From: Ascidiella aspersa
Lineage: Eukaryota
Assembly: GCA_963924565.1 (NCBI GenBank)
Contig: OZ004613.1
Location: 23,126,001-23,190,000, forward strand
Length of the DNA stretch: 64,000 nucleotides
Reading direction: 5' to 3'
Positions 26,827 through 38,900 of this stretch are shown here, in pieces. The number at the start of each line of letters is the position of its first letter. The first letter of the stretch is position 1. A program made the translations under genes and the position numbers. Under the pieces are notes generated by a model. The model saw only the letters and a list, made by a program, of their open reading frames with translations. It ran no database searches and was not told the origin of the DNA.

Positions 26827-27125
26827 AATCAAATACAATTTGTCTTTATACAGTGCCACCTGATTTCTCTGTTTCTAACAAGGTATTCGTTAACATTTGA
26901 TGCCATGATGGTTGATGCAAACACATTGCGTATGAAAGACACACACACATATGTGTTTAATAACAACTGTGATCTAGCCCCTCGGAAGCTGCTTTATGAC
27001 CAACGTTTACGGCTTCCGTATCAATAGTCCGTATCAAACTGATGATCCCCCAATGTGTAGTTGCTTGTACTAACAGAATGTGCAAGTATTGGCGTATGGT
27101 TGTTTCTCGACTCGCTCCTCTCTGA

Positions 27126-27290
27126 GCCTGCATAGCTCAGTTGGTAGAGCGACGGTCCCGGCTTGACCGGAGGTGTGTTCGAACAGTTCGAACCTCACTG
27201 CAGGCCAGATGTTTTTCTGGCTTGCTCTGCTTGCATCATAGATCGACAGATTTGGAGAGTCTGCGATGGCTTTTCGGTGTACATTGCGTA
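27126..27290 (+). mobile_element. tRNA-derived SINE, copy 2
   Basis: A box TAGCTCAGTTGG, B box GTTCGAACC, acceptor stem GCCTGCA/TGCAGGC; ~85-nt body shared with the copy at 13562. Confidence 0.82.
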
Positions 27291-27946
27291 TGACTATCAA
27301 AATGTCAAATAAAATGTCAAAAAATTTTTACCCAACTATATTTCGTGAGAGCAGAAGACCATTTTCAATGGTATGACCATCTTTACAGTTGAACCCCACG
27401 AGTTAATTTATGTAAGCAACAAGTGGACTGATTATAAAACAATGCTGAAGAATAGTTTGTAATTTCTGGTTCTTTATGAAACAAAACAAAACGTCTGAAA
27501 TGTATATTTCTTTCTTGGACCACCATTTTACGCCAAATATGTCGTTACGAAAGAAGCGAAAATGACGATCGCAATGCGTTGAACAGATTGAGCGATAAAA
27601 TGAAGGCTACTACAACCAATATGAGATGCTTCAAGGAAAAAACACAGTTCGTTCAAGTCAGCAGACTGCATTTAATAGCTTTAAAATATTGTAAAGGGAT
27701 CTTGGAATGATAAAGAAAAGCAACCCTAAAACGATCACCACACAAATCTCTCTCAATGACGACCTCTTGTGATGACGCGATGCTGCTGTTTCGTTGCCTC
27801 AGTGTAAAACAATTAAAAACAAACGATAGCACCAAAACAGGTCTTGTTTTTTCTACCATGTTAGTTCAGACACTCATAACTGACGCACAACAATTGTCTC
27901 ACTATTATCACCAAATTTTGATCAAGGGTGATCTAAACCTATAGGC

Positions 27947-28451
27947 CAGGGGTGTCCAACAAGCGGCACGCGTGCCAAATGTGGCACGCGACCTAATAAA
28001 AAATGACACGCAAGCTCCCAAAACACACTAAAATGGTTATTTAACCAATTGTCAAAAAAAATTACAATTTGTTATTCAGTCAATTGTCATAAAATACTAA
28101 ATTTGTTATAGAGCCAATTGCCATTGTTTGTTCACAATATAAAACAATCGAGGCAATTACCACATCTAACAATTACATCTGATAATATAACATTGTGCTG
28201 GATGGAAGGCTAGCATTAACATAATTACATAACTTGGTGTTGAGTTACAATAGTTAGCTCAGCGACGGACACTTAGATGCAGTCATGCGCATTTCTACTA
28301 CACAGTGTTTCAATTTAAATAAACGTTTTTGATTTTGGTAAAAAAGCGTTTTTATGATTAAAAAGAATTGGTTTGGTTACGAAAATTTGGCACGGGAAGA
28401 AGTTATAAGATAAAAATTGGCTCGCCGACATGTTTGAGTTGGACACCCCTA
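27947..28451. mobile_element. hAT-type MITE
   Basis: TIRs CAGGGGTGTCCAAC / GTTGGACACCCCTA; flanks CTATAGGC and CTATATAGGC (TSD with a TA slip); subterminal TGGCACG repeats. Confidence 0.85.
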
Positions 28452-29100
28452 CTATATAGGCCAACTGGACAAATGTGGGTCGCTGCATTATTATCTATCG
28501 CACGCACAAACTTAATTCAATTTGGTTGCACTCATTTGTTTCTGTTTCGCCCTTTTGTACGAAAATAAATTGTACAAATTAAACAATATTAAACCCTTAT
28601 TAGCACGAGAATTTATTGGGCGTAACATGCTAAACATAGAAAAAGTGTATATCGTGGTTTAAGATGTCGGTAATCTCGAATATCTCTGATCTGCTACACA
28701 AGGATTCGTGTTTTAGGTTTATATCTGCAAACTTATTATCTTACTATACGATCACAGGTGTTATCCTTTATAAAGCAGTGTTTCTTAACCTTTTTCGGGG
28801 CGACCAAAATACTAAGCGTATTAGTAGGCCTACTGTATAGCTTTTACTGAACTTTTTGTAATCGAACAAGACACAACACATTACCTGAAATAAATTTAAA
28901 TTTACTTAAGATGGAGCAGGTTTTCGAATTTCTTCTGCAGATTTCTCATGAATCGAAGACGTTTTGCTAAGACTAATCTCCATAAATCCAACGTTATAAC
29001 ACTACTGCAGTCGGGGACCCAATCAAACCCAACAACGCCCCAATGTTGCTCAAGGCCAATGTATTAAGAAAAACTTTGATCTAGTTTGTAGGGTTTATGT

Positions 29101-29597
29101 CAGGGGTCCCCAACCTTTTTTGCTGTTCGTATCCCTTTGTCAGGTCAGAGCATTATTCGTACCCCAAAACAAATTCTGATGAAATTTTTCAGATATACAT
29201 TGCTAAATTACATTGCTTTCAAAGCTTAACTGAAAGTTAAACCGATATTTCACTAAAAAATGCAAAAATCGGAAAATAATTAAATAACAGTTATTTTGTT
29301 TGTAACTTTCTTAAATTCGCTCAAACGATGGTTCGATTATTCTCAAGGCAACACGTAAATCATCTGCTAGTTATAAAAATGCATTGTAATGAGCCAATCA
29401 AGTTTCTTACTTAATAACAACAATTGTTTGTAGTTAATTATGTTTTTTTGATCATAATTTCATTTACAATTTAAAAATAAAACTGAACTGTGAAAGCTGG
29501 TTGAAAGGCTGCTCTACGGCCCAAGGATCTTCATACCCCTTGAAGTTTAATCTAGTACACCCGAAGGCTACGAGTACCCCCGGTTGGGAACCCCCTG
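29101..29597. mobile_element. Non-autonomous hAT-type MITE with perfect 8-bp TSD GTTTATGT
   Basis: TIRs CAGGGGTCCCCAACC / GGTTGGGAACCCCCTG; identical 8-mers at 29093-29100 and 29598-29605. Confidence 0.9.
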
Positions 29598-30791
29598 GTT
29601 TATGTTGACGGAACAAATTAGTGTATTCGCAAAACTGAAAACCGTCAAAAGACGAATTTCGGCCTAAAATCGTTGAAACAATTTGCGTTAATAAAGTGAT
29701 GGCAAATGACATTTTTAGGCATTCAACGAGAAACTGTTCTGTCCGGGGTGAATCGTGCAACAGCGGCGTATTTAAAATTGGTCTATCAATAGAGAAAATT
29801 GCAATACGCGTGCGGGCAGACAATGAGCTGTCCTTATTATAAGGCACGTATATTCAACCAAACTATACTACCATTGACAGTCTTTTCTCGATCGTCCGTT
29901 TTAATAATTAAACGCCGCATTAGGCTGTGACGTCGGGGTTATAGTACAGTCGTTTTGGCGTTCGTTCGGATTTAGAACGGCATTTGTTTGCGTCTCACCA
30001 AAGGCGCAAAGGCAATTTGCGCACATGATAGGGCCCGGTGCATTATTCATGCGGTTATCGCGCCTCAAGTTATTTGCGAACGGAACAGCCGGGTGAAAAT
30101 GGCTTCCTGTTGTGTAATACATCGGCGTTTACAACAAAACATCGCTCTGCTGCAAGATGTGTTGAACATCCCACGCTCTGAAAATGCCAGCTGCACCATA
30201 AGGCAAAAATGGAAATGTCTTTCACGAAGCATTCGTTTGATATTTCTGCGACAAGTAGTTTTACTTTTTTATTTGGTCCCTTTCTATTATTTTGGAATTT
30301 TCCATCTGTCTTATCACACCCAAATTTAAGTTTGATCATAAAGCATAACTGAATTTTTAAACCTAAATCAAAGAACCTTGATTGTCTTGGGAGTTTATAA
30401 AACTTCCCTCCTAACAACTGTTTTTCTTCAAAGTTAACATTAACACAAAAACAATTTTGCCGAATATCTTCATATCAAACACAATGATACGGCTACCGTT
30501 AATCATATTTTTTTTTAACTTTAAAGGGCTTGTGACATATGTAACCTTGGGATACATCTCCTAAATAATTAAGCACATCAACAAGTAGGAAAAACACGAC
30601 GTTCAGCAAATGAGAAAAGATTAGTTTGAGATTATCAACTAAAATATGTTAAATGTGATTGCATAACCCTAATGGTAAGTTAAAATGAATACGTTATACT
30701 CTATGTATATGGTTTGGCGTGTATGCAAATGTAAAAGATCTGATTGCATTTTGGGCCCAGTGACCTTCGAAATATCCCACATCCTATAGTG

Positions 30792-31069
30792 CAGTAGTTT
30801 TCAACCGGGGTGCCATTTCTAATGCTCAAGGGTGCCGAGAGATATTTTAGAATTTTTAAGAAGCTGATTCTCGCTCAACTTTTACAGCTTTTTGTAAAGA
30901 TTAAAGTGGATTAAATCCAAATATACATTCCTACGTTGTATAGAGTTTACGTGTGTTGTTCCAGTTCCGTTTATTGTGACATTCTAGTGAATTACCTAAA
31001 AAAAATCTCTCCGCAATCTACTTGTTATTACTGAGGGATGCCGCTAGCCATAAAAGGTTGGCAACACTG
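30792..31069 (+). mobile_element. hAT-type MITE, family A copy 1
   Basis: CAGTAGTTTTCAACCGGGGTGCC...AAAAGGTTGGCAACACTG; near-identical flanks (c/t)TATAGTG; aligns to 55586-55847. Confidence 0.8.
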
Positions 31070-31819
31070 CTTATAGTGTGTTGGTCTCCACTGGTTAGGG
31101 TTTCCCCAACGGATGCAATAATGAAGTTTTGACTGAGACGTCATATCACGCTATTGGCAACACGTGACGTGACATTTCTGACGAATTTCCAATAACTTTG
31201 TTTGCAATAACGTAGGACAGCGAAAACTCGACACATGCGGTTTAATTGAAAAAGCACTGGACAAGCAACCATAAGGTATTATATGTATTGCTTCATTTAG
31301 TATGTGTGCCTTTGAGCTTGTATGGTCTAAATTTTTGGCTGCTTTATCCGATAGGGACATCACCAGATTTTGTAATGATGCATTTTTATTGATTAAAATA
31401 GTAATGTGAATTTTTGAAATGAAAATAGGCAATAGGTGTAAGCGTATTACCGAAATAGTTCTTTGTGCGACCTTTGAAATATTTGAATATTTATTTTCAC
31501 ACAAAATGTTTCTCTAGTTGTCGGATCTGTTTTCAACAGCTTCGCATTAAGTAAATGTCACCGTACTTTAGATAAGGCCTAATTGAAAGCATATAGCTGT
31601 GAGATAGTTATCTTGCCCGTTCGAAAGAATATCTGCCATTTATTCTTACAAATCTTAAAAATTTAAGATGATCGCTTCGCAAAGAACTTAACAGGGATCT
31701 ATGTGAAATTAATTGCCCATCGAACAGTGTCGGTATAGAATCAAACTGTATCAGTTAATTCCACAGCGAAGAAACGGTTTAGTATAGTTAATGTAGTAAC
31801 TTAATAAAGAAATTCTTTA

Positions 31820-32260
31820 GTGGTTTGGAATGCAAAACCGCTAAGCACGATCTCCCTGCGTGCGATTCCCAGGCGACGTTTGGGTCCGAATCGATATAAG
31901 TTATGTAAAGTTTCGATAGGGCAACGCAGCAGTTTCCGAGGCCTCAATGGCTGTCAAAAATGTGACGTCCATGATTTTCCGCCAACACGCAGGCTCGCCC
32001 GAGCCGAAAAGCGAAAAATCTTGGAAATTCTCAGCCGGCCCTCATGCCAAAGCCGGTTATCCACGACCGACGATTGTGTGTGGGTCGAGCGATTGTTTCT
32101 CATCCGTTTCCTTTCCCACAACAGAGCGCTGGGAGCCGCGTCGCTCGGCAGGCTTGCTTGCTGTTCGCTGCGCCGCCTAAGAACCATTCCATATGGAGGT
32201 GGCCCGCTTTAAATTGCTCATGTATAAGGGCTGTTTGCAGTTAGTCTTTTAGGCTAACGC
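31820..32260 (+). promoter_or_regulatory. Putative promoter of the PHEX-like gene (GC-rich block with TATA-like TATAAGGG near 32223)
   Basis: GC/CpG-rich block 0.6-1 kb upstream of the first coding exon. Confidence 0.4.
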
Positions 32261-32877
32261 TGGTACTTCACATTTTTGGATTCTTTCTCGCAAGCTTAGA
32301 AACAGTAAAGTGTATTTATAACGATGGCTCCCTCTCAGCTGCAGTTTTAGACTGAAGACAGTTCTTTAAGCGAAAGTCTTCGCTATTGTGCTGTACCGTA
32401 AACATTTGAATTGGCCAGAGCTAGAATAGTTTATTATTTTATGACAGAAGAAACGGGCTTTTGTTACAACAGCTTATTGAATATAAGTTAAAAGTTCTTT
32501 ACGATGGGCATGCTCTCTGTTTATTTGAGTACTGTGCCCCTACGTTTCTTAAATATAGTTATAAGTTTGTCACATAAATATCCTTGACAAAATTTCCATA
32601 TATTCCCAATAGGCAAGCCATAAAATTAGCATTATAAAACGGGGCAATCGCTAAAAGATGCACAAAATGTTACGCGTTCCATTTACATTTTTGTGTGCTT
32701 TTAACGGGAAAGCGACATCCTAAACTGTCATTGAATCTGCCCGCGTTACAACCGTTTCTAAAAACACAATATCAGAAAAAAAATCTATGTATATATATAT
32801 ATACGGTAAAGTCGGTGCATATCGTGAGTTATAGTTACTAATAAGTATGTGTCGTGTTTTTTCAGCGTCCGTTCAAT

Positions 32878-32997
32878 ATGAGAGTTTGTTGGTTGCTAGC
32901 GTTGCTTTGCTTTAGTTGCGCAACAGCATTGGACACGAACGTTCTGGATGAATACGACCTCGAAGTTCAGGATGACGCGTCTATCGAGGATGAGTTG
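32878..32997 (+). CDS. PHEX-like coding exon 1: signal peptide [17 protein letters not shown] plus start of acidic region ([23 protein letters not shown])
   Basis: Acceptor ttttttcag ends at 32865, ATG at 32878, donor gtaagt at 32998. Phase 0 matches the next exon. Confidence 0.8.
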
Positions 32998-35900
32998 GTA
33001 AGTCTTTGGTAAGACGAGTTCGTAAATCGACATTTGTCTGCAACATGTATAATACTATAAACCAGAGGTGGGCAAAATTTTCTAGTCGCGGGCCAAAACC
33101 AAACCCAGAAAGGTCTCTGTGGGCCGTTAAATGTTAACTGTATAGACTTAACGCATCTTATTATAACCGCAAAGACAATAGATCAGGGATAAAACCAGGG
33201 TATTCTGCTATTTACACTCGATAGACGAACGAAATTTACGCAAAGCGCAAAACAGATTTGCTTTTTCGTAGTTAAATAGCAAAGAATATATGAGGAATGG
33301 TCTCGTTCCCAGTTTGTGAAATAGGGCCGGATAATTTGCGTTGGCGGGCCGTAAGTTTGCGGGCCGTAAGTTTGCGGGCCGTAAGAAACCGTCATCGCGC
33401 AATGATTTTTGACGACGTTAACATTAGTCGAACACGAAGTTATTCGACGTTTTTTTGAGGCAGTACTGACAACATACAGGCCAATGATTGTGAAGTTTTT
33501 TAGCCTGTGGCACACATAGGAAATTAAACAAATTGCGGCTCACTTTCTACAAACCTTTACAATCATAACTTAAAATAACACTTAACACGAAAAGCGATCA
33601 GGTCAATTTACGTTAATATTAATAACAGTAAAATGATGAATAGTGAGCAATAAATCTGGCATGTTTGTCGGCATGCTTAGGCCTATGTGCAACACAAAGA
33701 TTTTTTCATGATCATGTAGGTTTTGCGGTACATTTGAAAAGGTCTCTCGAGGCACACTGAATTCCTGCCATAGGCGCGTAACAGTTTACGGCTCTCCAAT
33801 AACAGTGTATTTATGGAAATGTTTCTTGGATAAAAATCAAAATTTGATTTGGATGAAATATAACTGAACGAGAATTTTATAAAACTCACAATATATTTTT
33901 CAAGTTTTATATGTTTAATACTAATATTCAAGTTAATAAAATTCAACAGATCAATGTGTTCAGGTTACCGATTGTTAGTCATTTAAGTCTCTGCAGTTTA
34001 TAAAGAAGTTTAGAACTTTAGTTAGTTTATTTGTTTAGGGGTAAACTTAAAAACTTAAGGGGTAAACATGCTGAACGATTCCTTTTAAGCTATTCAATGT
34101 ACGCCTTGCGTTGTTAATATATTACCGTATGTCAGATAATTGACTTATGTAGGAAGCTGGCGTTTCCGTTAGTGTGGGTTACCTAGACTCGCCTGCTGGT
34201 TTGCTAACGTCTTACGCCATTGTTTTTTTATAATGAGTAAATTTTTGTTGTAGGGGGCGGAATTGTTCAAAACGTATGACAAAAATAATCCTAAATATTT
34301 TGCATAAATTTTTACCGAAATATGAGTTAAGTACATATTAATTCCACTCAACTTTCTTATTGCTGAATCCTGACAAATAACTGATTATACAAGTCTGGGT
34401 GTGTTGCGCAGCTTAGAGAATCACTTCCACCATCTGTTTCCTTCCCATCAGACAGGCCACTTGTTTGTTTTCCTATAACGACATACTTTATATCTTTCTT
34501 TACACTTTTCAACGCTCTTCACAAACCTTTTGGTAAAATGCTTACTATTTTTAACTACGAAAATGTCGTATATATTCTGTGTTGCGAATAGCTTGAATTG
34601 ATTGTTGTCGATCGACAGAATGCCGAAATGGCGACAATATCGGACGAAGACATGGCCGGTGCCCGTTTGGATACGACGAGCAGCGACGCGGAAGACGTCC
34701 TACTGGACAGCGCCTTATCGGAGGTAGATCAACTCGAACAGCTGCTACACAAACAGCTAAATGACGAAGAAGGTGAAGTGAACAATAGAGAGCAAAAAAA
34801 AGATGATATGGATTTGGAAGATGTGGATCAATCAGACGGAGAACCGGAAGACTTTGGCGGACTTCATTTTATGAAGAAACGGAGTCTCCGCGACTTTTAC
34901 TTAGAAAACGCTATGCGACGGTTCCTGTTGGGACCGCATGGGCACAGCAGTCACGACAACTTTCCTCCAGATATGCAAACAGGTGAGCCTTTTTTCATAC
35001 AAATAACAGCAACATGTCGCGATTGCTTGTGTAAAGCGCATTTTGGTATGTTATAATTCTTGTTATTAGTACAACATATTATTACTTAGCAGTTGTAAAA
35101 TGCGAATCCCATTAATAACACAACATATTTGGAGAGAAATTATGTTTACCAGTACACACAAATAGCTATCTGCTTTAGTAGGATGCCTTACAGGTTATTC
35201 AACCGTGACGTTTGATTGTCCATGTCTGACAAAAATAACTTTTAAATCCGTGGAGTTAAACAGATGACAACTCAAACGAAGAAAATGGCACAAACAAAGT
35301 CTTTGAGCAGACTCTGTCGTACACTACAAGCCAGCGAAACTATGCAACCTATGTAATTACGCAGGCTAACTTGCTCTTACGAAGGTTTCCTTGTACCATA
35401 CTATGGTGATAACTATAACCAGCGATCGCCATTGGGCGTTAAACATCATATTTGTCAAAAGTTTAAGCAACTATTTGTTCCTCAGCCCCTCCAAGAACTA
35501 ACTGCTCAAGCTTCGTAAAACCGACCAAGCACTCAAAATCAACTTGCGGAGTGACCAACACAACCATGCTCGGCTCCATTCACTGGTGCCACGTAACATG
35601 CTCCAAGGGATACAAGTGAGTTTTGATATATGTAAAACACATTCGGTGCGCCACAGCGTACTTAAAAATATTGGCCAACGTGTATTTTGGCGAAGTCATA
35701 TAAAAGTCCTATATGTCGCTAATAGTTTAATTGTTGGCCTTGACAACACTTTTGGTTATTAAGCTCTGATTGGGAGGAAATACAACAATTTTGGAGGGTT
35801 AGTTTTGTTTTTCAAATAAACAAAATGTAAATTAGTCAAAAAACTGTATACCACATATTGTCTCACCGTTACACCTGAATCTCAAAGTATCGTTCTAATT

Positions 35901-38900
35901 ATGTTTGGAAATATCATTGTTAGAAAAACAATATAGGACCTTCATAATTTAGGGAAACTTGTTTCCTAATTTAGGGAAACTTGGACATAGATAATTGTAT
36001 GATAATATGGTCGACAAATTAAATTGACGAACCTATTGTTTAACGCTATTGCTATAATCAGAGTGCAATATGTCGAAGCAGTAATAGGCGCTAAAACAAT
36101 GGTTCCTAAACTGATGGGCTCCGAAGAATGCTTGGGGTCCGTGAGGAAGTTTCAAATATTTATCCACGCAAATACCTTTAAATTCTTTAAAGGATAATTG
36201 CATTAGCTCAAGCACCTGTTTTTGATTAGGTTACATAGGTCATTTAGCAATTTGCATTTTACTTCTAATTTCCAATTAATAAAGTAGGAAGAACACGGAT
36301 TCCTCCTGACCAAAACGTTAGAAAACTAATGTTTTAGTTAAGGTTCTAGTTAATTCGCAAAACACCATAGAAATCGTTTTGTTGGTCAAACTAGGTGAAT
36401 GCCTGCTGGCTTTCGAGTGATATGGAATACTTTACCTATGCATTTTTTGCCAGGCTCAAGCTGACCTTTCCCCAGTACGAGCTTTGCGGCAACGCCACTA
36501 AATTCAGGTGGACCTACGAGCTGAGAGGGCTAACAAAAGGATCCGAAAGATGTATTAAAAAAGGTTGCAATTAATCGATTTTTATGCATGATTGTACTAG
36601 GGCGCTTGAGTGAATACTGTGATCTTTGATTGGAAGCCATAAGGTTCGCCATTTAAGAAGAAAAATAACCTAAAATAACGGAGTACATAATTCAGTTGTT
36701 TGCTCGGTTTAAGTGTTTATTTGTGTATAAATAAACATACAACAATGCATAAATTGTTAGTGTCGAAAGTGGAAACACACAAATCAGCTATTTAAATAAT
36801 TAAAAAAGACTATCGATAACATAACGTGGTATAAATGTTACTTATACCATTTAAAAGCTTACAAATCACTGCTTATACTTTATTTTTCAGCTTATTTAGG
36901 CTTTCATTGTAAATATCCAACATATTTTAAGGTGCTAAAGTGGCGACGAAGAAAAAAAAGACAAGCAAAAGCACTACTGCATCTGTCGCATGCACCACAC
37001 CACAATGTTTTGCGTCAGGTCAGTATATTACATTTTTAATAAAGCATATTGAAGTCTTTCGCATTGATGAAATCCTCGCTTACAACATATCTGTAGAGCT
37101 ATTAAACTGCACTTAAAAATGTAACGCAACTTTCACGGCATTAAAACTAAAGGTAATAATTTAAAAAGCAATCCACCCTGGCAAAATACTGTGATTTATA
37201 CTAAAACAATCGCTTTTACAAAATGCTGGAGTGTATTATGCTGTAACAAACACGCGCCAGGTAACGAACACGTGATGGTCGTGCTATTTGATTTACAATC
37301 GCGGCAACTTTAAACAGAATATGCAAATTCATGGTAAGGTTTTATGTAAATTAAACGCAAAACCTTGACTTATTTTGACAAACTGTTGGGTCTATGTAAA
37401 CAGGTTACCTCTAAATAGCAGTATTTGATTAAATGGATAATTGATACACGCCGCGAATTAATTCGTTTTCCAGTGTGTAGATAATAGATACCAAATAAAC
37501 ATTTATGTCAAGATAAACGCGATACATTCGGTATGAATCGCCATTTCGTATACTTTCAAAAGTGTTCGTATGTTTTCCCATTCACTGACTTAGATTTTTA
37601 ATTTTGTTTTGTATAGCACGCTGCTTACGGCTATAGTTTAAACCAAATGGGATGATTTAAAGTTTTGGGGAAAATTTGTTTAACAGTTATTAGCAGTTCA
37701 GCCAACATGTACATTAACTTATTCGAGTTACACATGCCTCTAAATCTTGTAATTGAAATGCAGTAAATAGCCAATTTCTACTTTAGGGCGTTTAAAGATT
37801 TACTATACGGTCAGCATATTAGCAAAGCGATATACTTTCCATCCCTCTATTCAATGTCATGCCCAACAAAAATGGAAGATGAAACACGTACCAATAGATT
37901 TCGATTAGTACATTTCCTTTCGTTTTATGTCTTTGTTTTTTGTTTCTTGATCTAAAATGCAATCAGACACGCTTTAGGTATATAAATAAATGAAGGCACC
38001 GTTAAGGCCTGCAACACCACAACTGTTTCGAAAAAAACATAAACCCAATTATTTTGCAGTTAAATCGATATGCTTGGCCCATAGCAACCCAGCGGATAAC
38101 AACGTTAAAAAAAGTGTCGTTCACAAATGATTTAACTGCGACTGCCGAAACGCCGTTTTAAATTACTTTGAAGGCTGCACCATGAAAGCAGTTTGTGTGT
38201 ATAACTTTTTAATTTTACATATTTTGCTGTTTGAGCATAGTTATGACATCTATCGGATCGGATCGCGATCCTTTTGTTCCTAAATATATTTTTGGTCCAA
38301 ATTAGAAAAGCTAAATCTATTCATTGCGTTTAAGTCAGTCCCATTGCGCAAGTCTGTATAGGGCAAGCGTTAGTAGGCCGGATTCTTAATGTTTAGTGTT
38401 TTCCTGTCACACACAGCCGCCTACTACATGAACAAGATCGACTTCAAGGTGAACCCGTGTGACGACTTTTACGAGTTCGCATGTGGCCGCTGGCTCAAGG
38501 AAACGCCCATCCCACCGTCCAAGAGCAAGTTCCTTACCTACACCACGATCAGAGACCGCGTTGCTCGTAACATGGCAGGTAGGTTGTGCCGGGTTTTGGT
38601 GTATTTGATTTTGTTTGCATAATGACTAAAGTCTCAGTTAAGTTTGCTGATGAGCGTGATCAATAACAAATTATAAATATTTTATACCCTTATTATAATA
38701 AACTCTTCTGTTTTTCTGGGCCATTTAGAAACTTTAAATCCTTGTAGTAACTTGATGTCCTTATACGTTTTGAGTTCTTAATACTTTCCTATCATAACGC
38801 ATTTCTTGATATATTTGTAGTGCTATAAAACATAAAAAATGGAAAAAAACAACTATGACATTCTAATTCATTGTTTTTTAGTGTTTTCAAAAGGTGTCAA

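Larger units (their letters stand above)
25731..26880 (+). mobile_element. 5'-truncated Penelope-like retroelement (Neptune-type): RT thumb remnant, Zn-finger linker, GIY-YIG endonuclease, pLTR tail
   Basis: In frame from ~25740: FLNPDSFHPKHIFRSIVYSQALRYIRICS; PIVLTYNP; CGKSRCELC; VYAITCVKC..YIGET..RMNGH..PVGEHFN; GLN end. The tail has a hammerhead motif and GTGCCAC. Confidence 0.92.

Noticed and set aside
26612-26900. C-terminal ~100 aa of ORF 25866..26900
   Set aside because: Read-through into the non-coding pLTR after a frameshift; it overlaps the hammerhead motif.
27126-27206. Functional tRNA gene
   Set aside because: Anticodon loop is non-canonical, the T arm is disrupted, and a shared downstream body in a second diverged copy indicates a SINE.
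33344-33385. Short direct repeats as CRISPR or coding repeat (YGPQT x3 in ORF 33183..33515)
   Set aside because: Head-to-tail 15-mer with no spacers, inside a MITE in eukaryotic intron DNA.
34850-34882. [11 protein letters not shown] resembling tachykinin (FxGLM-amide) or enkephalin
   Set aside because: The consensus is not met, there is no amidation Gly, and no upstream cleavage site defines such a peptide.
34598-35056. Standalone acidic protein or neuropeptide gene
   Set aside because: Flanking splice sites and phases link it continuously to the signal-peptide, Sushi and M13 exons.
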